Assembly (NCBI RefSeq): GCF_028368995.1
Contig: NZ_JAQNDL010000001.1
Location: forward strand, 3,712,001-3,776,000
DNA from: Nannocystis bainbridge
Lineage (GTDB): Bacteria; Myxococcota_A; Polyangia; Nannocystales; Nannocystaceae
Length of the DNA stretch: 64,000 bases
Direction of reading: 5' to 3'
How positions within the stretch are numbered: position 1 is the stretch's first letter; the number at the start of each line of letters is the position of its first letter. The notes beneath the pieces were generated by a model, which ran no database searches, had not been told where the DNA came from, and saw only the letters and a program-made list of their open reading frames with translations. A program made the position numbers and the translations under genes. Positions 39,967-51,000 of the stretch are shown piece after piece.

Positions 39967-40635
39967 ATGACTCACCCGGACAAGTCGGCGCGCCCGTGCG
40001 GTTTGGAGCACTCGCCGAAGCGACGCCAGATCCTGGCCGGCGCGCGCGAGGTGTTCGGCGAGATGGGCTTCGAGCGCGCCAGCGTCGACCAGGTCGCAGC
40101 TCGCGCAGGGGTCTCGAAGGCCACCGTCTACAACCACTTCCTCGACAAGAAGACGCTGTTCGTCGCCTGTTTCTCCGAGGAGGCCGACGATCTGCGCGAG
40201 GCGCTTCGCTGCAAGCTGCTGCGCAGCGAGCCTGACGGGGAGATCGCTCCGGCCCTGCAAGCCGTGGGCGAGCACCTCGTGTCGCTGGTCCTCGCACCGG
40301 CGATCGTCGCGCTGTACCGCAACACCGCGGCCGAGGTCGCGCGCTTCCCCGAGCTCGGGGCGCTGCTGTACGAGCGCGGCCCCGCGGCGATGCACGCCGC
40401 CATGGCCGAGTACCTGCGCCGCTGGCACGACCTCGGCGCCCTCAACCTCCCCGACGTGCACGCCGCGGGCATCCAGTTCTTCCTGCTGTGCAAGGGCGAC
40501 CTGGCGGTCCGCTCGCAGTTCGGCGTGCTCCCCGACCCGCTCGAACCGGCCATCGTCGCCACGGTCCAGCGCGCGGTCGCGGTGTTCCTCGCCGCCTACC
40601 GCCCGGCGCAAGCCTCGCCCGAGTCCGCGACCTGA
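39967..40635 (+). CDS. TetR/AcrR family transcriptional regulator
   Basis: GFERASVDQVAARAGVSKATVYNHF HTH; divergent from the RND operon. Confidence 0.93.
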   Translation: MTHPDKSARPCGLEHSPKRRQILAGAREVFGEMGFERASVDQVAARAGVSKATVYNHFLDKKTLFVACFSEEADDLREALRCKLLRSEPDGEIAPALQAVGEHLVSLVLAPAIVALYRNTAAEVARFPELGALLYERGPAAMHAAMAEYLRRWHDLGALNLPDVHAAGIQFFLLCKGDLAVRSQFGVLPDPLEPAIVATVQRAVAVFLAAYRPAQASPESAT

Positions 40636-40672
40636 CCCGAAGCTTCGGCACACGCGAGGTCCGAGACCTACA

Positions 40673-40991
40673 TGTCCCCGAGGACATGTGATTTCCCCCG
40701 CGACCCGCCGGCGCCGACCTCGGCGTGAGGCGCTCTTCAGCGAGATCTCGCCCCGGCCCACGATCGAGAACCGCCGAACTGCTCAGCCCGCTCGTCGCAG
40801 CGAGGACACGTGAGACGCGGTCGCTCGCCTCCCCGACATGTCCCTCGGGACATGTGAACCCGCCAGCGTCCAAAGCTCGGCGGGAGCGCGCCTCCACGGG
40901 TCGTCATTCAGCCGAGCATCGGCTCAGCCAGGTCGCTCGCGCTTCAACATGACCTCCTGGACATGTCCCATGCGACATGTCCTGCCCGATT
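40673..40991. repeat. TGTC-N6-GACA cluster between convergent genes
   Basis: Perfect copies at 40673, 40839, 40964; phased degenerate units at 40950 and 40978. Confidence 0.85.
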
Positions 40992-41944
40992 CACGGCAGC
41001 AGCACCAGCTTGCCCGTCAGTCGACCCTCGCGGCTGCGGGCCAGCGCTGCCTCGGCCTGCGTCAGCGGCATCGTCGCCTCGATCCGGACCTTCACCGCCC
41101 CGCTCGCCACCGCCGCCACCACCGGCTCCAGCCGCGCCCGCGTCGGCCGGCCGAGCACCAGCTTCGACGTGAACGGCGGTACCAGCCCGTTGAGGGCCTC
41201 GCCCACCGTCTCGCCGGCGATCATCACATGTCGCCCGCCGCGCGCCAGCAGCCGCCGGCAGGCCGTCCCGCTGTAGCCGCCCACGCAGTCGATCACCAGG
41301 TGGAACGGCCCGTGCGCGCGCGCCTCCACCAGCGGATCGCCCTGCGTGTAGTCGATCGCCGTCGCCCCCAGCGAGCGGACCAGCTCGAGGTTTCGCGTCG
41401 AGCACACCCCGACCGCGCTGCCGCCGGCGTGGCGCACGAACTGGACCACCAGCTGCCCGACCCCGCCCGAGGCCCCGAGCACCAGCGCCCGCTGGCCCGC
41501 CTGCAGCCGCCCGACCTCGCCCACGCACATCGACGCCGTCACCCCCGCGACCGGCAGCGCCCCGGCGACGACGATGTCGAAGCCCTCCGGCAGCGTCGCC
41601 ACCTGATCGTCGCGGACCACCACTGTGTCGGCCTGGCTGCCGCGCTGCTTGCGGGCGAAGTTGGTCCCACCGACCACGCGATCGCCGACGCGCACCCGCG
41701 TCCCCGCGCCCACCGCCGTCACCACCCCGGCGAAATCGATCCCCACCACCACCGGCGGCGGCGGCCCGATCAGCCGCGCCGCCAGCCGCAGCGGCCCGCG
41801 CGAGCGCATCTTCCAGTCGACCGGATTGACCCCGATCGCCTGCACCTCGACCACCAGCTCCCCGGCCCGCGGCGTCGGCGTCGGCAACTCCGTCATCACC
41901 AGTGGCTCGCCCTGAGCCCAGCTCCGCTGCGCCATCGCCCGCAT
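40991..41944 (-). CDS. NAD(P)-dependent MDR-family oxidoreductase (quinone reductase/ADH-like)
   Basis: GVNPVDWK, GIDFAG, GASGGVG, GKLVL. Confidence 0.9.
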   Translation of the reverse strand: MRAMAQRSWAQGEPLVMTELPTPTPRAGELVVEVQAIGVNPVDWKMRSRGPLRLAARLIGPPPPVVVGIDFAGVVTAVGAGTRVRVGDRVVGGTNFARKQRGSQADTVVVRDDQVATLPEGFDIVVAGALPVAGVTASMCVGEVGRLQAGQRALVLGASGGVGQLVVQFVRHAGGSAVGVCSTRNLELVRSLGATAIDYTQGDPLVEARAHGPFHLVIDCVGGYSGTACRRLLARGGRHVMIAGETVGEALNGLVPPFTSKLVLGRPTRARLEPVVAAVASGAVKVRIEATMPLTQAEAALARSREGRLTGKLVLLP

Positions 41945-42072
41945 CACCGGACCCCCCGCGACGAAGGGCGAGCGCATGGCGTGCGGCGTGAAGCGGGGCT
42001 GTGCATGCCACGCATGGTAGCCGCGCCCGCCCGCCACGACCAGCGCCCCATCACCTCACCCGGCGTCGGCCC

Positions 42073-42142
42073 AGGCCGCCACGACATGGCCGATGCGACA
42101 TGTCTATTCGCGCATGACCATTTTAACATGTCCCGAAGGACA
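42073..42142. repeat. Five phased 14-bp TGTC-N6-GACA-like units
   Basis: Units at 42073, 42087, 42101, 42115 (degenerate) and 42129 (perfect). Confidence 0.75.
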
Positions 42143-42165
42143 TATCCATCGACCACGCGCACCGC

Positions 42166-43200
<1,035 letters not shown>

Positions 43201-43239
43201 CGGGCTGGGATGACCGATCGCGCTGGCGGCGTCAACCCC

Positions 43240-43896
43240 TCACGGGTACGAGCAGCCTTGCAGCAGCACGTCGCGCGGCGCCGACAGCGTCACCGACGCC
43301 TCGGCCCGCAGCTCCATGTCGCCCGCGAGCACGGTCACGAGCACCTCGGCCGGCTTGCCGTCGAGCTGCCCCGGGTCGTGCACGTCCTCGGGCAGGTACA
43401 CCGGCGCGACGCCGATGAGCCCGGCCCACGGGTCCTCGCAGCCGATGTGATAGTCGACCTCGTCGCTGAAAAAATGACCCTCGCCGCCGAGGTCGAAGCC
43501 GGCGACGTCGACCTCGACCGTGAGCCGCACCTCGCTCGCGTGCGGGTCCCAGCCGCCGAGCGACGGGTAGAGCCCGAACATCCACCGCCCCTCGTCGCAC
43601 TCGATCGGCCACGGCGACCCATCGGTCAGCAGTTCGCCGCCGACGATGTAGAGCGAGAGGAACGGCGCCTCGGCCGCGGCCTGGAACCCGTGGCAGTAGC
43701 TCGCCGCCACCTCGCTGGTGGCCCCTGTCGCCGAGCCCGTCGCCGCGGTCGTCGTATCCGGCGCGGCGCCCTCCGTCGTCGCGCCGTCGTCGACCGGCGC
43801 CGCCGAGTCCGTCGCCCTCGTGGATCCTCCGCCGCTCTCGTAGTTGCACCCGGCCGCCGCGACGGCGACCCACGTGGTAAGGACGAGCTCCCGCAT
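43240..43896 (-). CDS. Hypothetical lipoprotein
   Basis: MRELVLTTWVAVAAAGC lipobox, Thr/Ala linker, four further Cys. Confidence 0.75.
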   Translation of the reverse strand: MRELVLTTWVAVAAAGCNYESGGGSTRATDSAAPVDDGATTEGAAPDTTTAATGSATGATSEVAASYCHGFQAAAEAPFLSLYIVGGELLTDGSPWPIECDEGRWMFGLYPSLGGWDPHASEVRLTVEVDVAGFDLGGEGHFFSDEVDYHIGCEDPWAGLIGVAPVYLPEDVHDPGQLDGKPAEVLVTVLAGDMELRAEASVTLSAPRDVLLQGCSYP

Positions 43897-44151
43897 GCTC
43901 GAAAAGGTAGCGCGATCGCGCGAGCCGCCACGCGACGCGTGTGATGCCGCGCTCACGCCCGCCGCGGGCCGCCCGCCGCGCCTCACAGGACATTCCCCAA
44001 AGGACATGTCCTCAAAGCCATCATCGTCTCCATCCCCGCGAGCAGCCGATCGTGACACCTGACCGATCCGCCAGGTCACCCTTCGTGCGCGCTTGCGCGC
44101 CCCGGGCTCGCGCGGCTGCGCGCGTGGCGTCGCCGGGCCGTTCGAGGCAGC

Positions 44152-45090
44152 ATGCGGACCTCACGGGGGAGCGGGAGCGTGGCCAAGGGCATCACGACAC
44201 TGGTAGTCGAGGGCGAGAGCATCGAGGTCACGCACCCGAACAAGCTGCTCTACCCCGACGAGCAGATCAGCAAGGGCGAGCTCGTCACCTACTACCGCGA
44301 CGTCGCCCCCTTCATGGTCCCGCACCTGACCGGTCGGCCGCTGAGCCTGCACTGCTTCCCGTCCGGCATCGCCGCCCGCGGCTACTTTCAAAAGGCCGCG
44401 CAGGAGCACTTCCCGGCCTACGTGCACCGCCTCGCGCTCGCCAGCCACAGCGGCGAGACCGTCTACGCCGTCGCCGACAACGAGGCGACGCTGGTCTTCC
44501 TGGCCAGCCAGAACTGCCTGGTGTTCCACCCGTGCCACGTCCTGCGGGACAGCCTCGACCGCCCCGACCTCCTGATCATCGACCTCGACCCGAGCGACGA
44601 CGACTTCGCCAAGGTCCGCCACGGCGCCAGGCTGCTGCGCGACCTGCTGCCCGCGCTCGGGTTGGTCCCGTTCGTCAAGACCACCGGCTCGCGCGGCCTC
44701 CACGTGGTCGCGCCGATCCACCGCGAGCTCGACTGCGACGGCGTCAGCGAGTTCGCCCGCAAGATCGCGCAATACCTGGTCGCCTGCGACCCGGCGCGCT
44801 TCACCATGGATATCAATAAAAAGAAGCGCGGCGACCGGGTGTTCGTCGACTACCTGCGCAACGGCCAGGCCCAGACCGCCGTCGCGCCCTACAGCGCCCG
44901 CGCCCTGCCCTGCGCCCCCGTCGCCGTGCCGATCGGCTGGGACGAGCTCGACGACCCCGAGCTCGACGCCCGCCGCTGGCACGTCCGCAACGTGCGCGAG
45001 CGCCTGTGGGACGTCGGCGACCTGTGGCGCGACATCCACAGCCACGCCCGCTCGCTCGCCGACGCCAGCGAGGCCCTGGCGAGCCTTTGA
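44152..45090 (+). CDS. Stand-alone LigD-type primase-polymerase domain (NHEJ)
   Basis: THPNKLLYP, IDLDP, KTTGSRGLHV, VFVDYLRN, VAPYSAR; start may be GTG 44179. Confidence 0.9.
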   Translation: MRTSRGSGSVAKGITTLVVEGESIEVTHPNKLLYPDEQISKGELVTYYRDVAPFMVPHLTGRPLSLHCFPSGIAARGYFQKAAQEHFPAYVHRLALASHSGETVYAVADNEATLVFLASQNCLVFHPCHVLRDSLDRPDLLIIDLDPSDDDFAKVRHGARLLRDLLPALGLVPFVKTTGSRGLHVVAPIHRELDCDGVSEFARKIAQYLVACDPARFTMDINKKKRGDRVFVDYLRNGQAQTAVAPYSARALPCAPVAVPIGWDELDDPELDARRWHVRNVRERLWDVGDLWRDIHSHARSLADASEALASL

Positions 45091-45098
45091 TCCGCGCC

Positions 45099-45391
45099 TG
45101 TCCTTCTGGACAGCAGTCAAATGACTCGGCGAGGTCGCGACCTCGGCCGCGAGCATGTCTCTCCGGACGTGTTCTCTCCGCGTGATGCTCCTGCAGCGCC
45201 GAGCCACGAGGCTGCGCACGGCAATCAACATGTCCCTCAGGACATGTCACATACGCGACGCTCCTGAGGCGCCGGGTCACGAGGCCGTACCCAGGAAACA
45301 TGTCCCTCAGGACATGTCCTCACCGCGACCTCGCAATCTCGAATTGCCGAGACCCCGCCGGGGCGAGGTCTCGGGCCTGTCCCTCGGGACA
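45099..45391. repeat. TGTC-N6-GACA cluster between convergent genes
   Basis: Perfect copies at 45099, 45231, 45301, 45378; near copy at 45156; ACATGTCCCTCAGGACATGTC occurs twice. Confidence 0.85.
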
Positions 45392-45393
45392 GC

Positions 45394-46938
45394 TTACTCC
45401 TTCTTCGCGTCGGCCTGGGCCTTGAGCTGCTTGAGCAGCTTCTCGCCCTCGTCGATCGCGTCGTCCTCCTCGGTGCGTTGGTCGCCGGCGAGCACGGACG
45501 TATTGACCTTGATGTTCTCGAAGCGGGCCAGCATCTGGAACAGCGCCAGCCGCGACGCGGGCGCGGGGCCCTCGGTGTCGAACTCGTCGGACTTGGCGGG
45601 GATCTTGATGTCGCCCGCGGCCCCGTCGACGATGCACTTGTGGGCCACCTTGAGGGCCGCCTCGGAGTCTTTGACCTTCGACGGCACCCCGTTCAGCAGC
45701 GGGAACTCGCTGTTGAAGCTGTAGAGCATCGTCTCGAGCGCCGCCGTCCCGCCGCAGCTGGCGTACAGCGGGTCGTACTTGTCGGGCACCGTCGCCGTGC
45801 CGATGTCGATCTGGCCGTCCATGTCGCGCTTGGCGAAGTCGGTGCCGGCGGTCGACAGCAGCTGGAAGTCGGTGAGCAGCTGGCGGAACAGGAACGAGTG
45901 GAGGAACGCCCGCTTGAGCTCGTTGCCGCCCAGCTTCTTGCTGAACACGAACACCAGGTCGTTGTAGCCGCCGCCGAGGTCCTCGCGGAAGAAGCCGTAG
46001 CCGATCTTCTTGTCGATCGTGACGCCCTGGGCCCGCTCGGGCACCAGCGGTCCGCCCTCGATCGCCCACACCGTGTGCGCCTCACCGAGGAAATCGACGC
46101 GGTCGCGCAGCTCCTTGTAGTTGGTGAGCATCGTCAGCAGCTTCTCGTCCTTCTCGATCGCCTCGGCCCAGGCCTTGAACGGCGCATCGACCGACTCCTT
46201 GAACGGCTTCGGCGGCACCTCTTCCTGGCCGAAGTCCTTGGCGATCTTCTTCAGCACGCTGCGGAACGGCTCGTCCTGACTGACCAGGCGGCGGGCGTAC
46301 ATCTTGACGCCCATCCACTTCTTCCAGATGTCCTGCTTGCCGTCGGTGTACTCCTTGCGCATCGCCTCGGCCACGCCCTTGGCGTCGCCGGACAGCTCGC
46401 CGAGCGCCTTGTCGGCCTCGGGCGAGCCGAAGAAGCTGAGCAGCTTGAGGTGCGGGTACGCGTCGAGCACCTTCGCCTTGGTCTCGTCGCCGAAGCTGTA
46501 CTTGAGCTTCTCGACCAGCAGCGCGAACTCCTTGCGGGCGTTCTTGCGGAACGTCCACGCGTCGGCGTCGGCCACCCCGAGGATGATCGCTCGCGCCTTG
46601 TCGGCCTTGCTGAGCCCCTTCTTGACCGTCACCACCGCCAGCACGCCCGGCTGCAGCACGTAGTTGCGGCCGTCCATCGGCTCCACGTCGCCCTCGATCA
46701 CGTCGGGCAGGCGCTCGGTGTTCGAGTAGATGTGGACCAGCAGCGGACGCAGCGCCTCACGCATCTCGTCCGGCGGGATCTCGGGGATCGCCACGCCCTT
46801 GTCGTCCTTGCGGCCGGCCTTCGCGTACTCCATCTCGCGCTCGAGCCTCTCCTGCCGGCCTTCGCCGCAGGCGGGAAGCGCGCCCGCGAACAGCGCGAGC
46901 GTGAGGAGCGTGAGGGTGGTGGCGTGGGTTCGTCGCAT
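45394..46938 (-). CDS. Hypothetical Lys-rich lipoprotein
   Basis: MRRTHATTLTLLTLALFAGALPAC lipobox; very strong codon bias; GGAG RBS. Confidence 0.82.
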   Translation of the reverse strand: MRRTHATTLTLLTLALFAGALPACGEGRQERLEREMEYAKAGRKDDKGVAIPEIPPDEMREALRPLLVHIYSNTERLPDVIEGDVEPMDGRNYVLQPGVLAVVTVKKGLSKADKARAIILGVADADAWTFRKNARKEFALLVEKLKYSFGDETKAKVLDAYPHLKLLSFFGSPEADKALGELSGDAKGVAEAMRKEYTDGKQDIWKKWMGVKMYARRLVSQDEPFRSVLKKIAKDFGQEEVPPKPFKESVDAPFKAWAEAIEKDEKLLTMLTNYKELRDRVDFLGEAHTVWAIEGGPLVPERAQGVTIDKKIGYGFFREDLGGGYNDLVFVFSKKLGGNELKRAFLHSFLFRQLLTDFQLLSTAGTDFAKRDMDGQIDIGTATVPDKYDPLYASCGGTAALETMLYSFNSEFPLLNGVPSKVKDSEAALKVAHKCIVDGAAGDIKIPAKSDEFDTEGPAPASRLALFQMLARFENIKVNTSVLAGDQRTEEDDAIDEGEKLLKQLKAQADAKKE

Positions 46939-47325
46939 GCGTTCTCCGAGCTCCGGGCCGACTTCGTGCGGCTGCGGCAAAACTGCCGCATCGCCACGGT
47001 AGGGGAAGGTCGCCGTCGCTGTCAAACACCGCCTGGCGCCCATTCTCACCTGGCCACGCAGCGTGGGTGAAGGATTTCGCTTTACTTGCACGGGGACACA
47101 GATCGGTCGCACGGGCGTCCTCGGCCGCTTCAGCGCGATGTGGTGAGCATCGGCTCGCTGCCTCGACGCGCCGCGCTGCATCGCCCGCGAACCGAGGCGG
47201 CGAGGCGATCGCCGTGTTCGCCGCCGCGACGCGCGTGGCATGCCGCACCCGCTTCTGCAGGGCCGCAGGCTTGACCCGTCCGGGGCTGCGCACCATCCTA
47301 CCCGAACGTCAACTTTGGAGCCCTG

Positions 47326-47721
47326 ATGTCCGTAGCCACCGAGACCGCGCCCGCGACGCCGACCCAGCATGAAGCCCACGACCCGCCGATGACGGGCGCC
47401 CTCGAGGTCACCGAGACCGCCGCCGCGAAGATTCGCGAGATCCGCGAGACCGAGGCCATCGAGAGCACCTACGCCTTGCGCGTCAAGGTCATGGGCGGCG
47501 GCTGCGCCGGCTTTCAATACGACCTCTACTTCGACGAGCCCGTCGAAGGCGACAACCACTTCGAGAGCCAGGACGTCAAGCTCGTGTGCGACGCGATGAG
47601 CTTCATGTACCTGATGGGCACCAGCATCGACTACGTCGAGGGCCTGCAGGGCGCGGGGTTCAAGTTCAACAACCCCAACACCACCGGCTCCTGCGGCTGC
47701 GGCAGCTCGTTCTCGGTCTAG
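47326..47721 (+). CDS. HesB/IscA/ErpA iron-sulfur cluster assembly accessory protein
   Basis: GGGCAGFQY, IDYVEGLQGAGF, CGCGSSF. Confidence 0.95.
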   Translation: MSVATETAPATPTQHEAHDPPMTGALEVTETAAAKIREIRETEAIESTYALRVKVMGGGCAGFQYDLYFDEPVEGDNHFESQDVKLVCDAMSFMYLMGTSIDYVEGLQGAGFKFNNPNTTGSCGCGSSFSV

Positions 47722-47739
47722 TCGTTCGCCTCGCGGGCC

Positions 47740-49134
47740 ATGGCCGTGCTCGACCTCGCCGCCCTGCACGCGCGGATCTGTGCCGAGCTCGGGGCCGACG
47801 TCGTCGTCGACGAGCGTGAGCCCTACGCGCGGGACGACGGCGCCGAGGGCCCGTTCATGCCGGGCCTGGTCGTGCGCCCGCGCGAGCGCGCCGAGGTCGC
47901 TCCGCTGGTCCGCCTGTGCCACGCGCTCGGCGTCCCGCTGAGTCCGCGCGGCGCCGGCACCGGCACCGTCGGCGGGTGCCTCGCCGACCACGGCGGCGTC
48001 GTGCTCGACCTCGGCGGCCTGCGCTCGATCGTCGACATCGACGAGCGCAGCATGCTCGCCGTCGTCGAGCCCGGCCTGCTCACCGGCGAACTCCACCGCG
48101 CCGTCGAGGCCCGCGGCCTGTTCTACCCGCCCGACCCGGCCAGCCTGAAGATCTGCAGCGTCGGCGGCAACGTCGCCACCAACGCCGGCGGCCCGCGGGC
48201 GTGCAAGTACGGCGTCACCGGCAACTTCGTCCTCGGCCTCGAGGTCGTCGACGGCACCGGCGTGCGCCACGAAGTCGGCCATCGCTCGATCAAGGGCGTC
48301 ACCGGCTACAACCTCGCCGGCCTGCTCGTCGGCAGCGAGGGCACTCTCGGCGTCGTCACCCAGTGCGTACTGCGGCTGATCCCGCGTCCGCCGTTCGCCG
48401 TCACCTTGCTGGCCTCGTTCGCCGACGAGGCCGCCGCGTGCGACGCGGTCCACCGCTGCCTCACCGGCGGCGTCGCCCCGGCCGCGCTCGAGCTGGCCGA
48501 TCGGACATGTACCGAGTTACTCGCGCGCACCGGCAAGCTGGCCGTCGAGCTGCCCCCGGGCGCGCGCGCCCTGCTGTGGGTCGAGCTCGACGGCGACGGC
48601 GCCGGCCTCGACCGCGCCCTGCTGCGCGCCGCCGATCTCTGCCGCGAAGCCGGCGCTCTCGCCGTGGCCGAGGCCACCGACGCGGCCACCCGCGAGGCGC
48701 TGTGGGACGTCCGCCGCGCCCTCAGCTTGACCCTGCGCGCCCACTGGCCCAAGAAGATCAGCGAAGACGTCGCGGTCCCGCTGGCCCGCCTGCCCGATCT
48801 CGCCGCCGCCGCCCGGGAGATCGGCGCCCGCCATCGCGTCGACGTCGCCAGCTTCGGCCACGCTGGCGACGGCAACCTCCACGTCAATTTCCTGTATGAC
48901 CCAAAGGCCAGCAGCGACATCGGCGACCGCGTGAGCCGCTGCGTCGCCGACCTGTTCGCCGCCACGATCGCTCTGGGCGGCACGCTCTCCGGCGAACACG
49001 GCATCGGCCTCAGCAAGCGCCCCTACATGCCGCTCGAGCAATCGCCCGAGCTGCGCGCGCTACAGCTGGCCCTCAAGCGCGCCTGGGACCCACAGAACAT
49101 CCTGAATCCGGGCAAGGTCTTCCCGCCGGCCTGA
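47740..49134 (+). CDS. FAD-linked oxidase (GlcD / D-2-hydroxyacid dehydrogenase-like)
   Basis: PRGAGTG, PPDPAS, GGNVATNAGG, GHAGDGNLH, SGEHGIG, LNPGK. Confidence 0.93.
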   Translation: MAVLDLAALHARICAELGADVVVDEREPYARDDGAEGPFMPGLVVRPRERAEVAPLVRLCHALGVPLSPRGAGTGTVGGCLADHGGVVLDLGGLRSIVDIDERSMLAVVEPGLLTGELHRAVEARGLFYPPDPASLKICSVGGNVATNAGGPRACKYGVTGNFVLGLEVVDGTGVRHEVGHRSIKGVTGYNLAGLLVGSEGTLGVVTQCVLRLIPRPPFAVTLLASFADEAAACDAVHRCLTGGVAPAALELADRTCTELLARTGKLAVELPPGARALLWVELDGDGAGLDRALLRAADLCREAGALAVAEATDAATREALWDVRRALSLTLRAHWPKKISEDVAVPLARLPDLAAAAREIGARHRVDVASFGHAGDGNLHVNFLYDPKASSDIGDRVSRCVADLFAATIALGGTLSGEHGIGLSKRPYMPLEQSPELRALQLALKRAWDPQNILNPGKVFPPA

Positions 49135-49189
49135 CCGAATGATGCGACTGGTTCGCATCCCATCGGATACGACCATTGCGGCGAACCCG

Positions 49190-49457
49190 TCACTCCCGCT
49201 GGCCGAACAGCTGCGCCCGCACCTGCTCCCACGGGACCGAGCTCGCGCGCCCCTCCTCGTGCTCCCTGGCGATCCGGAGCACCTCTTCCTCCCAGACAGC
49301 CTCGATCTCGGCGAGCTCCTGCTCGGACGGGACGAGCTCCTCCGGGCCCACGAACACGAGCCGAATCACCGCGCTTACGCCCGCTTGCCGAACAGCCACA
49401 TTCTCGTCCTCGGAATCGCCGACCAGCGCCAGGATCCGCGCCGCTTGCGATTCATCG
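49190..49457 (-). pseudogene. Probable addiction-module (TIGR02574-like) antitoxin, lacking a clear start or cognate toxin
   Basis: EIEAVWEEEVLR..EEGRASSVPWEQVR C-terminal signature; frame extends upstream of GTG 49399 as DESQAARILALVG. Confidence 0.5.
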
Positions 49458-49463
49458 CACCCT

Positions 49464-49491
49464 GAGCTCCGTCGCCTGCGCGACGGAGCTC
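49464..49491 (-). terminator. Hairpin just downstream of gap
   Basis: GAGCTCCGTCGC-CTGC-GCGACGGAGCTC, 11 bp past the gap stop. Confidence 0.6.
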
Positions 49492-49502
49492 GGCGGCGCC
49501 GC

Positions 49503-50579
49503 TCAGCTCTGCTTGCCGCGATTGGCCACGATCCAGTTGCCGGCGATCGCGGCCAGGTCGAGCACGCGGCCCGAGTAGCCCCATTCGTTGTCGTACCAGC
49601 CGACGATCTTCACCAGCGCGCCGAGGCCCATGCACGCGTCGACGTCGACGATGCTCGAGTGCGGGTCGCCGAGGATATCGCTCGACACCAGCGCCTCCTT
49701 GCGGACATCGAGCACCCCGCGCAGCGCCTCGGTCGCGGCGGCCTCGCGCAGCGCCTCGATCACGCGGGCCAGCGCCGGCTCGCCCTCGAGCTGGCAGACC
49801 ACGTCGTAGAGCGAGCCGTCGACCACCGGCACGCGCACGGCCGTCCCGTCGCACTTGCCCTTGAGGTTGGGCAGCACCTCGGAGATCGCCTTGGCGGCGC
49901 CGGTCGAAGTCGGCACGATGTTGCTCGGAGCGGCGCGACCGCGGCGGAGGTCCTTGCCGGCGAGCCCGTCGACCAGCCCCTGGCCCGCGGTGTACGCGTG
50001 CGTCGTGCCGACCAGGCCCCAGCGCACCCCGAACACGCGGTCGAGCACAGCCAGCACCGGCGTCAGCGCGTTGGTCGTGCAGCTCGCGTTGGACACCAGG
50101 CGGTCCTTCGCCGGATCGAAGTCATCCTCGTTGACGCCGACGACCAGCGTCTTGTCGACGTTCTTGCCCGGCGCCGCGAGGATCACGTGCGACGGCCCCT
50201 TGGCGTTGGCGCGGTGGCCGGCCATCTGCTCGCCGGTGGTGAACTTACCGGTCGCCTCGATGACGATGTCGACGCCGTGGTCGGCCCACGGGATCTTGCT
50301 CGGGTCGCGCTCCTTGAACAGGGTGACCGAGCCGTCGCCGACGTGCAGCGCGCCGCCCTCCGCGCGGGCCTTCGGCAGCTGGTAGCGGTGCACCGAGTCG
50401 TGGCTCAGCAGGTAGGCCAGCTCGTCGGCGTCGGCGAGGTCGTTGGCGGCGACCACTTGCATCGCCGGCCCCTTGCGCACGGCCCCCGAGCCAGCGAAGT
50501 CGGCGCTCCGCGCCAGCGCGTGTCGAAGCACGAGCCGCCCGATGCGGCCCATTCCGTTGATTCCCAGGCGGATCGTCAT
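49503..50579 (-). CDS. gap: Glyceraldehyde-3-phosphate dehydrogenase, type I
   Basis: GINGMGRIGR, SNASCTTN, PTSTGAAKA, WYDNEWGY. Confidence 0.92.
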   Translation of the reverse strand: MTIRLGINGMGRIGRLVLRHALARSADFAGSGAVRKGPAMQVVAANDLADADELAYLLSHDSVHRYQLPKARAEGGALHVGDGSVTLFKERDPSKIPWADHGVDIVIEATGKFTTGEQMAGHRANAKGPSHVILAAPGKNVDKTLVVGVNEDDFDPAKDRLVSNASCTTNALTPVLAVLDRVFGVRWGLVGTTHAYTAGQGLVDGLAGKDLRRGRAAPSNIVPTSTGAAKAISEVLPNLKGKCDGTAVRVPVVDGSLYDVVCQLEGEPALARVIEALREAAATEALRGVLDVRKEALVSSDILGDPHSSIVDVDACMGLGALVKIVGWYDNEWGYSGRVLDLAAIAGNWIVANRGKQS

Positions 50580-50659
50580 TGCGCGGCGGAGGATAGGTCA
50601 ACCCCCCCGCCGTCGCAACGCCGCGCCCCTGCCCGCGGGCCCGCTCCTCGCGCCGCTCG

Positions 50660-50925
50660 CCGCTCGAATTGCCGCCCGCGCCCCGCGATCGTTCCTCCGC
50701 GCCGTCGCCACGCCTCGCATGCCCGATCCCCTGAGAATTCTCGCCCGCCCCCGTCCCCGCGTCGCGCCCCCGAGAATCCTCGCCGCAGAACGCCCGCTCT
50801 TCGCGCTCGACCAAAATCTCGCCCGCCCGCTTTCGTCCGCGTCTCCTCTCGTCGCGCTCGCTGAGGATTCTCGCCGCGCCCTTCGTCCGCGCGTCGTGCT
50901 CGCTCGCCGCGACAATTCCCGTCTT
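50660..50925. repeat. Degenerate direct repeats GAGAATTCTCGCC(C)G upstream of gap
   Basis: Copies near 50666, 50733, 50772, 50813, 50863 and a partial one at 50912. Confidence 0.5.
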
Positions 50926-51000
50926 CGCCCGCCTCCTCACCCCGAAGCCGTGAGCCCGCGCATGCGTCCAGCGCGCCCACCTGCTACGTTACGCACGCGC

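Noticed and set aside
45394-48453. 1019-aa ORF as a single gene
   Set aside because: The N-terminal half is antisense to the IscA and FAD oxidase genes; the real start is the lipoprotein ATG at 46938
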